Source: Haliotis rufescens (Eukaryota). Taken from it: a DNA stretch of 64,000 nt. Both the position numbers and the translations under genes were made by a program. Where the stretch lies: contig NW_025964334.1 in NCBI RefSeq assembly GCF_023055435.1, forward strand, positions 48,980,001 to 49,044,000. Direction: 5' to 3'. Shown piece after piece: positions 1 through 13,755 of this stretch (positions within the stretch are counted from its first letter, which is position 1; the number at the start of each line of letters is the position of its first letter). The notes beneath the pieces were generated by a model that was given only the letters and a program-made list of their open reading frames with translations, did not search any database and was not told the origin of the DNA.

Positions 1-654
1 GGTTTTCGTTGGAAGGATCTTTGAGAAAAGTCATTGTGGTGATCTCAAGCTTTACGTGCCTTTGCACTGTGTGAAAGAATGGTTTAAATCTCCAGACAAC
101 ACATTGTGTTCAGTTTCTCAGAGAACGAAAACTATCGGAGCACGGTTATGAAAAGAGTGAAGCTTTTCTTATTTAACTTCAGAGCCCAAGCCGTCTCCCT
201 TATCTTTGGCAAAGGAGCCGCAGTCCGTGCTGATTGTATTAACTATATTAAATTATATCCATCAATATCGTGGATTTGCTGCTGATAATATTTCCGTAAG
301 GCAATTGGCCTGAGTCTTTAACTACATGGAAGAGTTGTCTACACGTGTTATTGTATGTATACAGGTGTTAGATATGTTTAGGGTCGTGTTCGTATACTTC
401 ACTCGAACCGTCACGTGGCAGTAACAGTATCAGACAAGGTGTTGCGCTGTGACCTTCTGATCCCTTCAGGTAAGAAACGCATGTACGTGACCAATAAGTG
501 GTCATATTTGTTATTAATAATTTACTTATGTATAGTTGCCTGTTTATTTTCCTTGAACACATTATGTTCTAATGTGTATCTTTTTCTTACTGTTTTTTTT
601 TATAAATTTTACATGAAATTCATTCAAAGATCCATTATCTTGTTCCTTCATCTA

Positions 655-776
655 GTGTAGCGTAGTAGTATAGCGTTCTCTCCTCGCGGTGTAGACCCGG
701 TTCTATTCCCGTCGTGGTATCCCCCGCCGTGATATTGCAGGAATGTTGTTACAAACGGCGTAAACGTTGACTCAAC
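655..776 (+). mobile_element. Degenerate tRNA-derived SINE (family A)
   Basis: tRNA-like head (gtagcgtagtagtatagcg...gacccggttctattcc) and a tail cccccgccgtgatattgcaggaatgttgtt..cggcgtaaac matching the intact copy at 17868-18033. Confidence 0.7.
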
Positions 777-3124
777 ATAAATAATATGCTAATAAACATT
801 AAATGAAGCTGATTTCCGTGTTTGCAAGTAACAGTAACAGTAACAGCTGTATCATGTCATTGATATTCATTTCACACAATAACACATGTTTTAATTGATT
901 GCAAAAAAAATATTTGCTCATTTTTATATTTATTTTAAATATTCACTTTATGGTCCACTGTGCGCCGATCGAGATGTTGCGAGTCACCGCTGATGTATGT
1001 AAGTCAGACATGTGAGGTCACCGTCCTGTATTGCAACGACTTTCGCCATCTTAAGATTTTATGTGCGCTTCTACAGTTTATTTGTGTTGCACAAGACAAT
1101 TGTCTGAAACGACGAAATCATTTTGCGAAAAAACAGGGGACATATAAAGATAACGCAACTCAGTGGTAAATAAAATGACCCATATAATATCTGCGTTGTT
1201 AATATACCACCCCGTTGTTTGTTGCAAGTATTAACCATCACTGATGATAGGGAACACCCAAGGCAGGTATATTGTTAAACTGTTCTATTTGCTTGAATAT
1301 GTGCAGTCAGGAATGACATTCATACTTCGTCAGTGTTAAGCCGGAGTAAATTCACTCATTAGGTGACATGATGTCCCTAACTCGACTTGATGTTATGGAC
1401 ATGTTTGTAGATGGACATTTTGGGGACATTAGAAAGCATTATCGTGTCCTGATCGTCAACTGGCATGCAGTAGTAGGCACATTATGTTTCGTCTCTCTAA
1501 TATAATCTGCCTCGTTGCAATATCACGGCGTGTTAACATGTCCTTTGTATAAATATCGATAGATCGTTAGTTGAACTTTTTTTTATCAATATTAATAGAC
1601 CTTAAAAACAAACTTAATTCATTTGTAAACTGAAAATAAACACCGACGATAAACGGATCAAGATTCAAAAGAGATTAGTTCTTTACAGAGAATAGTAAAC
1701 ACCGTTTCAAAAGAAACGGGTTTTATTTTTTTCACTTTAAACAACCACCTAGCTTGAAATAATTTGTATTTATAGAAAACAGGGTCAGGCATAGTGGTGG
1801 TTTCGCGTACAAGGAAATACTGTAGTAACGAGGCCGAAAAAGGTTTGATTGGTTCCTTGTAAAGATTCCTATCAAAATCAACTAGTGAACAAATACAGTG
1901 AATATTGTTAAACTTAGTTGATTCTATTAATATACTGTATATTAAGAAAATCAGATAAGCTTAACAATATAAAGAAAAACGACTTAACAGGATAATAACA
2001 CAGGTTTTAATTGATTAAAGAAACTGATTTGTCAACATTTATTAAAAACGTAAGAAACTCTCAGAAAAAAGGTCTGAATTTATTGAAAAGCAAAAATATT
2101 CACGGAACATAAATAATTTTTACTTACAACAAATTTATTCAATCTACACAAATGCAAGTGAAATGCAAATCAAGCAAAAAAATCAACCAACAAAAAATAT
2201 AAATACAATGCATATCAAACTGACAAAAAACAACGTACAAAAATGCAAGTAAAATGCATATCAATCTGAAGAAACTCGGGTGTTGATAAATCCTAGTAAG
2301 CTAAAAATAACCACAGAGTCTAAATAAATCTGGATTGTTACAGGATGTGATGCATGCCGGTATTTCTGTGCCCATTCAGTGCTAGAGGTTCCCGCCAAAA
2401 CGGTCGGTACAATATGGCCTGGTACTGACGCTATTGTTAACGTTGACCCTAAACACCCACGGGGATTGTCAAATAAATGTACCGAGAAATCGCGCAGCTT
2501 CCCGTCCAAAAGTGGTTGAAATAATATACACCCTCCTTGCACAATATTTTCTTTCGCATTGAAATGAAACTGAAAAATGGCGATGTATGCTAAGAATTCT
2601 TTCATTTTGTAAAGTTGTTTTAATTCACGGTGTTAATGTTGGCAAGCGGAATGAAACTATATGACAAAATTTCCAAATATTGTCAACGTTATGTAGTATG
2701 CATGTGTATTTTCTTATTGTATATTTAATTTGTAATAATATAAGAAATAATTCCTAGATGCGATGTGTTATTATAATTGTAATTAACCGGGGTATAATTA
2801 ATTAATTAATAAATTATATTTGTCTATAAAATATTTTTTTTATAAAGCATAGTTAGATTTTAGCTTAAATACATAATTTTGTTACTGTTAGCAGTAGAAA
2901 TGATGATGATGATGATGACGATGATGATGATGATGGGTACATTCATAATCCGAATTCGTTTTTCATTAGATTCGCAGAACCAGAGAATTATAAACTCAGT
3001 TACATTCTTTGCATAATGTCAGTTGAATGACGAGCAATTATGTCTTTTGAGAACTTTTGATTACGCTTCCATTTGCAACAAGAGCGTACGAAGAGAAATT
3101 CCAAAAAGGGAAATGGAATTGAAA

Positions 3125-3195
3125 GTAGAACCGGAAGTGACAATACCGTCGCTCTTCACGCTCAAAACATGGCGGCGTGAATTGACGTGAAGACA
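3125..3195 (+). promoter_or_regulatory. CpG-rich housekeeping-type promoter/TSS region
   Basis: ETS motif CCGGAAGT at 3131-3138, YY1-type AAACATGGCGGC at 3165-3176, CRE half-site TGACGT at 3183-3188; CpG is frequent here and visibly depleted after ~3.9 kb. Confidence 0.7.
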
Positions 3196-3251
3196 TAACT
3201 CGAACTTTTTCGACAGCTATTTCAACTACCACGCCGGTTACAGACATGAAA
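3150..3251 (+). other. Probable first exon of an unidentified gene (start approximate)
   Basis: Follows the promoter motifs and ends ...cagacATGAAA|GTAAGT (consensus donor at 3252). Possible start codon at 3246 (Met-Lys, phase 0); uORF ATGGCGGCGTGA at 3169-3180. Confidence 0.6.
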
Positions 3252-4802
3252 GTAAGTAGTTTGGTTACATGAGGGTTGGAGGGTTTGTTTAATGCACACC
3301 TGGCCGGTTGTCATTGTTGAGCAACTTAGATAACCCGACGGGACTGAGTTAGCGAGCTAGATATTAATGGCGTGGGCCAGGCCAACGCGATTCATGGCTA
3401 TTGTTTGCTATTGTACCTCTATCGATTAGGTCCACACGGCAGACATTCGACAGCACAACTTCAACATTTTATAACACGATGTGGCATAATATCAGATCTA
3501 CCTCCACCATAATTGGTAAGATTTAGTTTTCAATCAACTCCATTGATTTTTACCTCCACTCTTATCAGCCCACCCCATTGTTATTCGCCGATATCTTGAC
3601 GGTCTGTGCTGTCAATGTTAGTCTTCTTTTTGTATTGTTTGTTCGTCTTTATTATTTTGACAGTCGGCCCACCCCGTGCATACCACGGTTACCGCTCAGG
3701 ACCTAGCGACACACGGTTTGCTATTAAAGAAAGTAGAAATGATCTTTCTAAGTGTTTGTTGAACATGGGGCCCCTTGGTACGTGCGTCTATGACTATTGT
3801 TTTACACAGGGTTACGCCTAAAGGGTTCAATGTTTATTTTTCTGATATCTATTACTGATAAAGGGAATTGTTAACGTACGGCAATGCTAGATAATGAATT
3901 GATTTTGTTGTGATTGGGCCTAGTGGCAGGCAAATACAGCCCTTCTCCCAGCTACTCAAGATTCAGACTTTTTGTGTGTCTATTATCTGGGTAGACAAAG
4001 TGTACCTCAATATTTGGGGACTATGTGTTCATGCTACTGGCCTGCTCTATGATATGTTGGCATTGTAGGCCATTCTTCACTGGAACCCATAGACACTGTA
4101 AAGTTTGCCTTGCAAGTTTTCCATCTTATTTGAAGGACAATTCCCCGGGCTTATAGAAAACAGAGGTCAGACCATTATTTCAAACAAAAGGCACCACACC
4201 CCCTATTTGAATGGGGACAGGGTGTTGAACGCATCAGAGCTTATATTCATACACAAAGATAGGCACATTGTGTATCAGTTATATATGCAAGTCACCCTAT
4301 GCATGAACCAGGTTTTAAGCTTTCGAAGGAAAAGACCAGGAGAGAGTGTTTGACCTTGTCTTACCCCAGCACGTGTAGCTAATGTGGGATTTAATACTAC
4401 AAGGCAAGTACAACTCTCACGTAGACCAAGATTTCGTCACTATATATAGATGTTAAATATAGGTTGTGTCGTGTGGCCATGTGTCGCTGTATATTTAGTT
4501 TTTCATGGTAGATGATCACAAACCGGCCGTATGACAAGCATGATGGGCAGGTGAAGCTTTCAAACATGTCATTGTTGCATGACATACTTGGGTACACTCT
4601 CCTACCCTACAAATACCCACATAACTTAATAATGTACGAGGGGACTGTTTTTGTAGCAGTTGTGACCGACATGGTGTTTGTACTATGATGCTAGTATGAA
4701 AGCATGAAGAGGATGAATTGAAGGTTTCAATGTGTCTGATGACTAATTTTGTAACGTTGCTCAAATGAAAGGTTGAAACTAAATGTGTGAGAGATTTTTA
4801 GG

Positions 4803-5001
4803 TGAGTACATCACTGTGGGAATTCGTTGGATACATTTCGATTTGTTCTAAGAGTGTCATCATCAATTATGGGTATTTTTCGTATTTCAGAAATTATATG
4901 TTGAGTACATCACTGTGGGAATTCATTGGATACATTTCGATTTGTTCTAAGAGTTTCATCATCAATTATGGGTATTTTTTGTATTTCAGAAATAATATGT
5001 T
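4803..5001. repeat. Two-copy 99-bp tandem duplication
   Basis: tgagtacatcactgtgggaattc... at 4803 and 4902. Confidence 0.9.
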
Positions 5002-5429
5002 ACAAATTTGATTTATAATGTTAAAAGTATATTTAATAAATATAATACTTTACCTTAGATGTTGATGATAAATGTTTGTATATAATCAGTCAGAGATCAA
5101 AGGAATGATTGAACTTTTAGAAGAAAGAGTTGATATCAAATAGCACTTCGTCAGCATTATATTGATTGACAATAACAATTGAATGTCGAATGGGTAGAGG
5201 GTAAATTATGATCAGTCATCTTGAATTATATCTTTGATAATAAAACACAGCCACTAATCATGGACTTGTGGCCCATTGTCATGTACATGATTATAATGCT
5301 AAATTCAAATGTTCTTCGATTTGATCAAATACATGTATAAAACATATTTTTTTCTATTTTCAAATCATGAAAACAAATATAAATGCACATGTTATTTCTA
5401 TCAAATATCAAATAAGATGGAAAATGATG

Positions 5430-5740
5430 TGATGAGAGGTTACAAGGGGTTTAACGTCACGTCCAAGATTATTGCACTTATATAGCGACGTGCATGCACG
5501 AATGAGTGTGGCTGCTTGTACTGGTCCAGACTGATGCCGATTTATAGTGCTAGCACACTAAGATACCACGACGCAGTTTAACATGAATACCCCACTCAGA
5601 CACAGTATACTAACTCCGAGCCAACCAGTCCTTCTTTTAGCCCCTTAATGCCGAGCGCAGGTAGGGTAACAAGTACCATCTTTAACGTCTTTTGGTATGA
5701 CGGCCGTGGATCAAACCACGGACCTTCCGCTCTCCGGCGA
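5430..5740 (-). mobile_element. tRNA-derived SINE family B (Meta-domain-like), 5'-truncated
   Basis: Near-identical to 31557-31932; minus strand has gtcataccaaaagacg..ggtacttgttaccct..gcgctcggcattaa. Confidence 0.85.
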
Positions 5741-6518
5741 GATTGAAGATGAAATACGAACAGATCCTTAAAACAAGGTCCACTCAGACATGGGGCTATG
5801 TTGTTACTCTTTGGTTAGACGTGATCATTACAGAATACTGATCTACTGGTTTGGAATTGAAACCATCTTTCAAAAAATAGATATAGATGTTCTAGAGGGT
5901 GAGTACATCTATATTGTTTGTTATACAGCTGTTGACATGAGACTGAAACATTTTAGCCTGATAGTAATGCCATGTAAGGACACTTTTAAACATGACATTC
6001 TACAACCCCTTGGGATATCATTAACCAGTGTAACAAATTGGCACTGGTCCTGTAGTCCTTGCCAAAGTGCCCAATAGTTAAAGTATCATTAGGACCCTTT
6101 TTAAGGGTTTTGCTATATGTTATCATTATAAGGACTAGTGGACTAAAAAATGTTTCTACTGCTGTTAACATTGCACATTACACAGGCTGATTCTGATGGA
6201 TGGTCTAGTCTATACTTATGTGCCTTTAACTGGAAAGGTTACATTTTTATATCTCAAATACTAAATCTCAAACAATTTTGGTGCTGTGATTTTATGCAAC
6301 TTCATTCAGTCTGGTCTGTGTGTAAAGAAATGCTTGCGGTGTGAAGGTATTTGTTTGAATGTGGGTGTATCATGTGCATGTCAATAGAGTAGAAAAATAT
6401 GGATATATTTAGCACTGAAATTAGGGGTCCTTGGTGTGACCTTAATAGAAAAAAATGATATAAAAAGACTTAGGGCTACTTGCTTAATAATACTATAGCA
6501 TCAAGTCTCAAGAACCAG

Positions 6519-6625
6519 GACCCACTTGCACAAAGTGATCTTAGCACTACAACTATTGTAAGCCTATGTTAAAGTATTGGAGTTACAAACATCTTAGCGC
6601 TAAGATCGCTTTGTGCAAGTGGGCC
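6519..6625. mobile_element. Palindromic MITE, PIF/Harbinger-like
   Basis: About 30-bp inverted arms (gacccacttgcacaaagtgatcttagc / gctaagatcgctttgtgcaagtgggcc); 3-bp TSD CAG at 6516-6518 and 6626-6628. Confidence 0.8.
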
Positions 6626-7042
6626 CAGGATCCCCCTAATTTCCATGTGTGACATTGTTTATCATAGAGATGACATGAGGTGGGTAGGTTGAGTGTCAAG
6701 ATGGGTAGGGTGTGTATGTACGTACTAAGTGGGTGTGGGTAATTGTGTAATATGCCCATGCTCAATATGATCATGACGCGTTACTATAGTATTGTTAGCC
6801 TGACATGGTTGTACATGATTCAGACATGTGCATCCAGTACATACAAATGTATAGAAAAGACACACAAAAAATAATTGCATCCCGAGGGTCGCACAATATT
6901 TATTGTACCAAATTCATCACAAGAAATATAAAGGTCCTTTAATTAAAGTAATTGTAAAACTTACAGTACAGTTTATTACACAATTTGATTGCTATAGGAC
7001 TCTTGAAATTGATTGGGGTCCCTGACCACTAATTATGTAGAT

Positions 7043-7577
7043 CAAGGTAAACCCTGCTTTGACACAAGGTAAACCCTGCTTTAACACAAGGTAAACCCTG
7101 CTTGATAACAAGGTAAACCCTGCTTGATAACAAGGTAAACCCTGCTTGATAACAAGGTAAACCCTGTTTGATAACAAGGTAAACCCTGTTTGAACACAAG
7201 GTAAACCCTGCTTGAACACAAGGTAAACCCTGCTTGATAACAAGGTAAACCCTGCTTGAACACAAGGTAAACCCTGCTTGATAACAAGGTAAACCCTGCT
7301 TGAACACAAGGTAAACCCTGCTTGATAACAAGGTAAACCCTGGTTGATAACAAGGTAAACCCTGGTTGATAACAAGGTATACCCTGTTTGATAACAAGGT
7401 AAACCCTGCTTGATAAGAAGGTAAACCCTGCTTGATAACAAGGTAAACCCTGCTTGAACACAAGGTAAACCCTGTTTGATAACAAGGTAAACCCTGCTTG
7501 AACACAAGGTAAACCCTGCTTGATAACAAGGTAAACCCTGCTTGAACACAAGGTAAACCCTGCTTGATAACAAGGTA
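7043..7577. repeat. Minisatellite, 22-bp unit, ~24 copies
   Basis: Unit caaggtaaaccctgcttga(ta/ac)a; explains the three overlapping repetitive ORFs at 6992-7608. Confidence 0.95.
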
Positions 7578-8989
7578 TTGACACCTGGTGTCCTGAATTT
7601 AAATGCACAGAACTATTTTGGAATTCTATTAATGTCTGTGGATGTTTGGGAAATAATTATTTCATTGACACGTATTGTGTAATGTGTGTTCCTTCAAAAA
7701 TTTATACCTTTTATTCTGTGTATTGATATGATTAATAAGTGTACTACTAAATTCTATGTTGAAAAATCTTGAAAGACAAATTTAAAATAATGAGATTTTG
7801 TGAATACATCTTTGGAAAGCCTAGATAAGTGATTGAAATTCTCAGCGATTTTTGATATTCTTCTTCAGTGGTCAACTGCAGGATATAACTGGAATAGTTC
7901 CGATATAAAAACAAAAAGCAACCAGATTAGCCCTGAAGATACCTAAAACCTATGTGGACTTGCACCAATGTTTTTGTTGACGAAAACTGTCTCTTTCTGC
8001 AACATGTTCCTATATTACCCTTTGCTGTTAAAGTTTTCTGAAAAATATGTTTCTTAAAAACAGATCAACATTCATGTTTATAATCCATAGTTTTTACAAT
8101 CAATAATATTATTATTGTTATCAAATAATAATGATGATGATGATGATTGAAGATGATGATGATAATAATAATGATAATTGTTATTGTTTGTTCTTTAAGA
8201 CCCATTCAGCAATATTCCAGTTGTATGACAGTTATTTAGTCTGTTATTTGCTTTCTGAACATAGTGGATTTATCCTTGCATAAAGTAAACAATAATTACG
8301 CTGGCCGTTTCTTTGCAGTGATATGCACCAGAGAGTGTTTATAAGTCATATTCTCCATACACACGGACATGTACATGAATTGACTATTTTTACTTAGTTT
8401 TACATCCTTTTCATATGGCCATGGTAAAAATAGTGATGGGTTTTGTCCTGACTTTCGTATTGCAATTTATTGCAGCAATGATTCATGTATTGTGACCACA
8501 ATATTGTGTACGTCTTTCATCTGTAATTTATGAACCTGAATGAACATGGACCCATAAATCTGACTTCCCCCGCACATTACTGACTATTTCATGTTGTTGG
8601 ATGATGTTATGTTCACAACGCATATGTAACAGGCATACTATATACAGGAAGCTGGGTGCGAATAGTTTCACCTATTTGATCACATGAATCAAGTTTTGTT
8701 CAAAATTAAAAACAAACAAATAAAAGTATTGACTTGTCGCCTCTGTAAACTTTACAAGATGAAGATATTCATGATTTTGAAAAACACAAGATATATTGCA
8801 TTTTCTAATTGTATTGGGATACGTTTTCAGTAGCATTTCAAATTGTGGTACACGGGAATCCTGGGAATACTGCTCACGTTACTTTTTCCTTCAATGTCTG
8901 AAATACAGAAATGTCTTCAGGTAGTATGGATGATTATTTATGATTAAATTATCACTATGCATGAACAAAGTTACCTCTTAATGTCTAGC

Positions 8990-9303
8990 TGACATTTATG
9001 AACAGCAGCCTCTGTGATTGACATTTCATGAACAGCAGCCTCTGTGATTGACATTTCATGAACACCAGCCTCTGTGATTGACATTTATGAACAGCAGCCT
9101 CTGTGATTGACATTTATGAACAGCAGCCTCTGTGATTGACATTTCGTGAACAGCAGCCTCTGTGATTGACATTTCATGAACAGCAGCCTCTGTGATTGAC
9201 ATTTCATGAACAGCCGCCTCTGTGATTGACATTTATGAACAGCAGCCTCTGTGATTGACATTTCGTGAACAGCAGCCTCTGTGATTGACATTTCATGAAC
9301 AGT
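8990..9303. repeat. Minisatellite, 30-31-bp unit, ~10 copies
   Basis: Unit tgacattt(c)atgaacagcagcctctgtgat; abuts a SINE tail. Confidence 0.95.
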
Positions 9304-9442
9304 AAGTGAGTGAGTATAGTTTTACGCCGCTTTTACCAATGTCACGGCAGGGGACACCAGAAATGGGCTTCACACATTGTACCCATGCATGTTTGGCATT
9401 ACGAGTGAACTCTTTAACCACTAGGCTACCCCACCACCCCCA
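9304..9442 (-). mobile_element. SINE family A, internally deleted
   Basis: (GAGT)n tail, ttttacgccgctttta, ggggacaccagaaatgggcttcacac, and tttaaccactaggctacccc head. Confidence 0.85.
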
Positions 9443-9467
9443 TAAGCAGAAAACAGCACAGTAAACT

Positions 9468-11219
9468 ATACTGCTCGAAAGAAGTTAAAGAACACCCAAA
9501 TGTTTCACATGACTATGACATTTCAACTGTCATGCCATAACACCTGATTGTTTCATATGACTATAGTTAATCTGTCATGCCATGACACCTGGTTGTTTCA
9601 TATGACTATAGTTAATCTGTCATGCCATAACACCTGATAGTTTCATATGACTATAGTTAATCTGTCATGCCATGACACCTGGTTGTTTCATATGACTATA
9701 GTTAATCTGTCATGCCATAACACCTGGTTGTTTCATATGACTATAGTTAATCTGTCATGCCATAACACCTGGTTGTTTCATATGACTATAGTTAATCTGT
9801 CATGCCATAACACCTGATTGTTTCATATGACTATAGTTAATCTGTCATGCCATGACACCTGATTGTTTCATATGACTATAGTTAATCTGTCATGCCATAA
9901 CACCTGGTTGTTTCATATGACTATAGTTAATCTGTCATGCCATAACACCTGGTTGTTTCATATGACTATAGTTAATCTGTCATGCCATAACACCTGGTTG
10001 TTTCATATGACTATAGTTAATCTGTCATGCCATAACACCTGATTGTTTCATATGACTATAGTTAATCTGTCATGCCATAACACCTGGTTGTTTCATATGA
10101 CTATAGTTAATCTGTCATGCCATAACACCTGGTTGTTTCATATGACTATAGTTAATCTGTCATGCCATAACACCTGGTTGTTTCATATGACTATAGTTAA
10201 TCTGTCATGCCATAACACCTGGTTGTTTCATATGACTATAGTTAATCTGTCATGCCATAACACCTGATTGTTTCATATGACTATAGTTAATCTGTCATGC
10301 CCAAACACTGATTGTTTCATATGACTATAGTTAATCTGTCATGCCATAACACCTGGTTGTTTCATATGACTATAGTTAATCTGTCATGCCATAACACCTG
10401 GTTGTTTCATATGACTATAGTTAATCTGTCATGCCCAAACACCTGATTGTTTCATATGACTATAGTTAATCTGTCTTGCCATAACACCTGATTGTTTCAT
10501 ATGACTATAGTTAATCTGTCATGCCCAAACACTGATTGTTTCATATGACTATAGTTAATCTGTCATGCCCAAACACTGATTGTTTCATATGACTATAGTT
10601 AATCTGTCATGCAATAACATCTGGTTGTTTCATATGACTAGAGTTAATCTGTCATGCCATAACACCTGATTGTTTCATATGACTATAGTTAATCTGTCAT
10701 GCCATAACATCTGGTTGTTTCATATGACTAGAGTTAATCTGTCATGCCATAACACTTGATTGTTTCATATGACTATAGTTAATCTGTCATGCCATAACAC
10801 CTGATTGTTTCATATGACTATAGTTAACCTGTCCTAGCCATAACACCTGAATGTGTCACATGACTATAGTTAATCTGTCATGCCATAACACTTGATTGTT
10901 TCATATGACTAGAGTTAATCTGTCATGCCATAACACTTGATTGTTTCATATGACTATAGTTAATCTGTCTTGCCATAACACCTGATTGTTTCATATGACT
11001 ATAGTTAATCTGTCCTAGCCATAACACCTGATTGTTTCATATGACTATAGTTAATCTGTCATGCCATAACACTTGATTGTTTCATATGACTATAGTTAAT
11101 CTGTCATGCCATAACACCTGATTGTTTCATATGACTATAGTTAATCTGACATGCCATAACAGATTAACTATAATCATATGAAAAAATCAGGTGTTGTTTA
11201 ACTTATTTTAAGCAGTATA
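9468..11219. mobile_element. Tc1/mariner-like palindromic MITE carrying an internal satellite
   Basis: TIRs tatactgctcgaaagaagttaaagaacacc and ggtgttgtttaacttattttaagcagtata with TA at both ends; the right arm is the reverse complement of the satellite unit. Confidence 0.85.
9501..11160. repeat. Satellite, 45-bp unit, ~37 copies
   Basis: Unit tgtttcatatgactatagttaatctgtcatgccataacacctg(a/g)t. Confidence 0.95.
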
Positions 11220-11934
11220 TTCCTGGATCAAACCTTGCATGTTGCTGTAATATTAAAAGAACTTGCGCTGTTATCTTATATTATCTTGGCGGCAATTGTT
11301 TGTTTGAAGACGCGTCATGCGGTACGATCTATTGTAGTTGCCATGTAAATCTGAGCCAGTCATGAACACCTGGATAGATCCAACTCGCCATTGTTGTTTG
11401 AGCTTTCATATGATTAGGGCAACAAGATCAATAAACGATTGTACCAATAAAGTGATTGATTGTATACCCCAAACCATAATCCCTTTTATATATCCACTGC
11501 TTTCTCTCATATGCAGTTATAATAATATGATGAAATTTGGGCCAACTGCTTTGAGACTAGTCCTGCTTAGCACTATCTCAAAGTGCCTGTGATTGTTAGT
11601 TCGTATTGTATTGAGCAATGGATAAGCGTGGCAATGAATTGTATCGTGAAGTTGCGAGAGATAAGCCCAGTGGTGAGATATGTTCACAATACCATGTCGT
11701 GCTAGCTGCCCGCATGGAGGCCAGACGTTTTAGTTGTACAGGTAACAATGATATGTGTGATAAGATCGCAACACAATTACTCTGTTCATTTACCTGTGAT
11801 ATACATTGTAATTAGTCTTTTGAAAGGTAGTTGTTTCTTATAGCTCTTTGGACCACATGCTCGTGTTGAAATTGACCCACTGATGGATGATTTATTCCGC
11901 TGTGCAGTTAGTATTAGGCTGTGCTTTAGGCCTG

Positions 11935-12590
11935 TTCCTGATGATGTGGAATATATCTTTGGGGAAGTAGTATCTACAGTGTTTTTAGTGAATATTCCTG
12001 ATGATGTGGAATATGTCTTTGGGGAAATAGTATCTACAGTGTTTTTAGTGAATATTCTTGATGATGTGGAATATGTCTTTGGGGAAATAGTATCTACAGT
12101 GTTTTTAGTGAATATTCTTGATGATGTGGAATATGTCTTTGAGGAAATAGTATATACGGTGTTTTTAGTGAATATTCCTGATGATGTGGAATATATCTTT
12201 GGGGAAGTAGTATCTACAGTGTTTTTAGTGAATATTCTTGATGATGTGAAATATCTCTTTGGGGAAGTAGTACCTACGGTGTTTTTAGTGAATATTCTTG
12301 ATGATGTGGAATATGTCTTTGGGGAAATAGTATCTACAGTGTTTTTAGTGAATATTCTTGATGATGTGGAATATGTCTTTGATGAAATAGTATATACAAT
12401 GTTTTTAGTGAATATTCTTGATGATGTGGAATATGTCTTTGGGGAAGTAGTATCTACGGTGTTTTTAGTGAATATTCTTGATGATGTGGAATATGTCTTT
12501 GGGGAAATAATATCTATGATGTTTTTCTTTAGTGAATATTCCTGATGATGTGGAATATGTCTTTGGGGAAATAGTATCTACATTGATTTT
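11935..12590. repeat. Minisatellite, 60-bp unit, ~11 copies
   Basis: Unit gatgatgtggaatatgtctttggggaaatagtatctacagtgtttttagtgaatattc(c/t)t; produces the 220-aa repetitive ORF. Confidence 0.95.
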
Positions 12591-12767
12591 TTGGAGTTAA
12601 TAAGCATTCTTAATTAATTGTATTAAAAGGGCTCGATGATAGTGATTATACATGGTAATTGAACAATGAACCTTACTTCTTTAGCTTCAATAGCTTTATC
12701 TGCCTGAAGAAAATAGTATTTATTGTTTCATTGCCTAACATGTGTGAATGTTGTTTTGCGCCACTAT

Positions 12768-12972
12768 TGGGATTCAGGTGAAATTAATCTACTGTGACCT
12801 ATGCTGGTCGTAAGGAGTTACTTAATGGATCTATGTCAGGCTAGGTGACTTGGTTGATTGTGTGTCATCTACACCCTATAGTGTGGATCCAAGCTCATGA
12901 TATCAATCACTGGATTGTCTGGTCCAGACTTGATTATTTACAGGCCACCTTCATATGGCTTTAATATTCCTC
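12768..12972 (+). mobile_element. SINE-like family C, old copy
   Basis: gggattcaggt..gacctatgctggtcgtaagg..gctcatgatatcaatcactggattgtctggtccagact. Confidence 0.8.
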
Positions 12973-13755
12973 CAGTGACAACTGTAAATGGTGTGTGTCT
13001 CATGTTATAGACCCCTCCCCCTCATGTTACAGACTTGATCTATGGATGATTTCAGTGATTACAGTTATATGAATCTAAAAAATGTATCCTAGTTATTGTC
13101 TCATCTTTTTTTACAATTCTTTGTAAGAGCATGTCAACTGCATGTTAAAAATATCATCTCATTTGAAAGTTTTGGGTCGTCAGTGAAAGGCTTGGGTGGG
13201 GCTACTTCTGTTTTTTGTAGGTAATTCAAACACCTTTCTGGTTTATCATATATTTGACTGTCTCAACCACTTCCAGTTAATGAGGTATGGCTGTAGAAAG
13301 GAATCTTTGCTTGTCCACATTTTATCAATAAGACATTAGTAAGATAATTATCTTTTTCATCAATTACAGGCTTTTCTTTGGTCTATGCCTCTAGGTGTGT
13401 GATTGTGTTTGGACTCAAATGTTATATTTGGGGTGTGTGTGTGAAACTGGCGCTGATTGTTCTCTCAGCTCAAACAGACATTGTCCGTACAAGTTGATGT
13501 CAGAATTGCTCCCTCTCATGGCTGCCTCTTTGTTTCGCTCACACAGATACAATCGGTGTCCCGCGAACTACCATCTATTCGCAGGATATTCCTGCACTTG
13601 TGTCTCATGCATGCAATGTTATACTGATGTTAGTCATGTGTGCATGAGTCTTGGAACTCTTGTTATGATGCATACGAGATATGAATGTGCAGTGTTGAAA
13701 TAAAGCTTGAAAGAAAAGGTGCCCTTGACATGACCCACTGCAGGAAAACTCAAGG

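Noticed and set aside
382-469. Possible plus-strand exon ending CAG|GTAAGA
   Set aside because: Good donor but weak acceptor, unrecognisable peptide, and no linked exon.
11883-12545. 220-aa repeat ORF (20-aa unit)
   Set aside because: In-frame only because the unit is 60 bp; there is no splice or start context, and the last unit is frameshifted.
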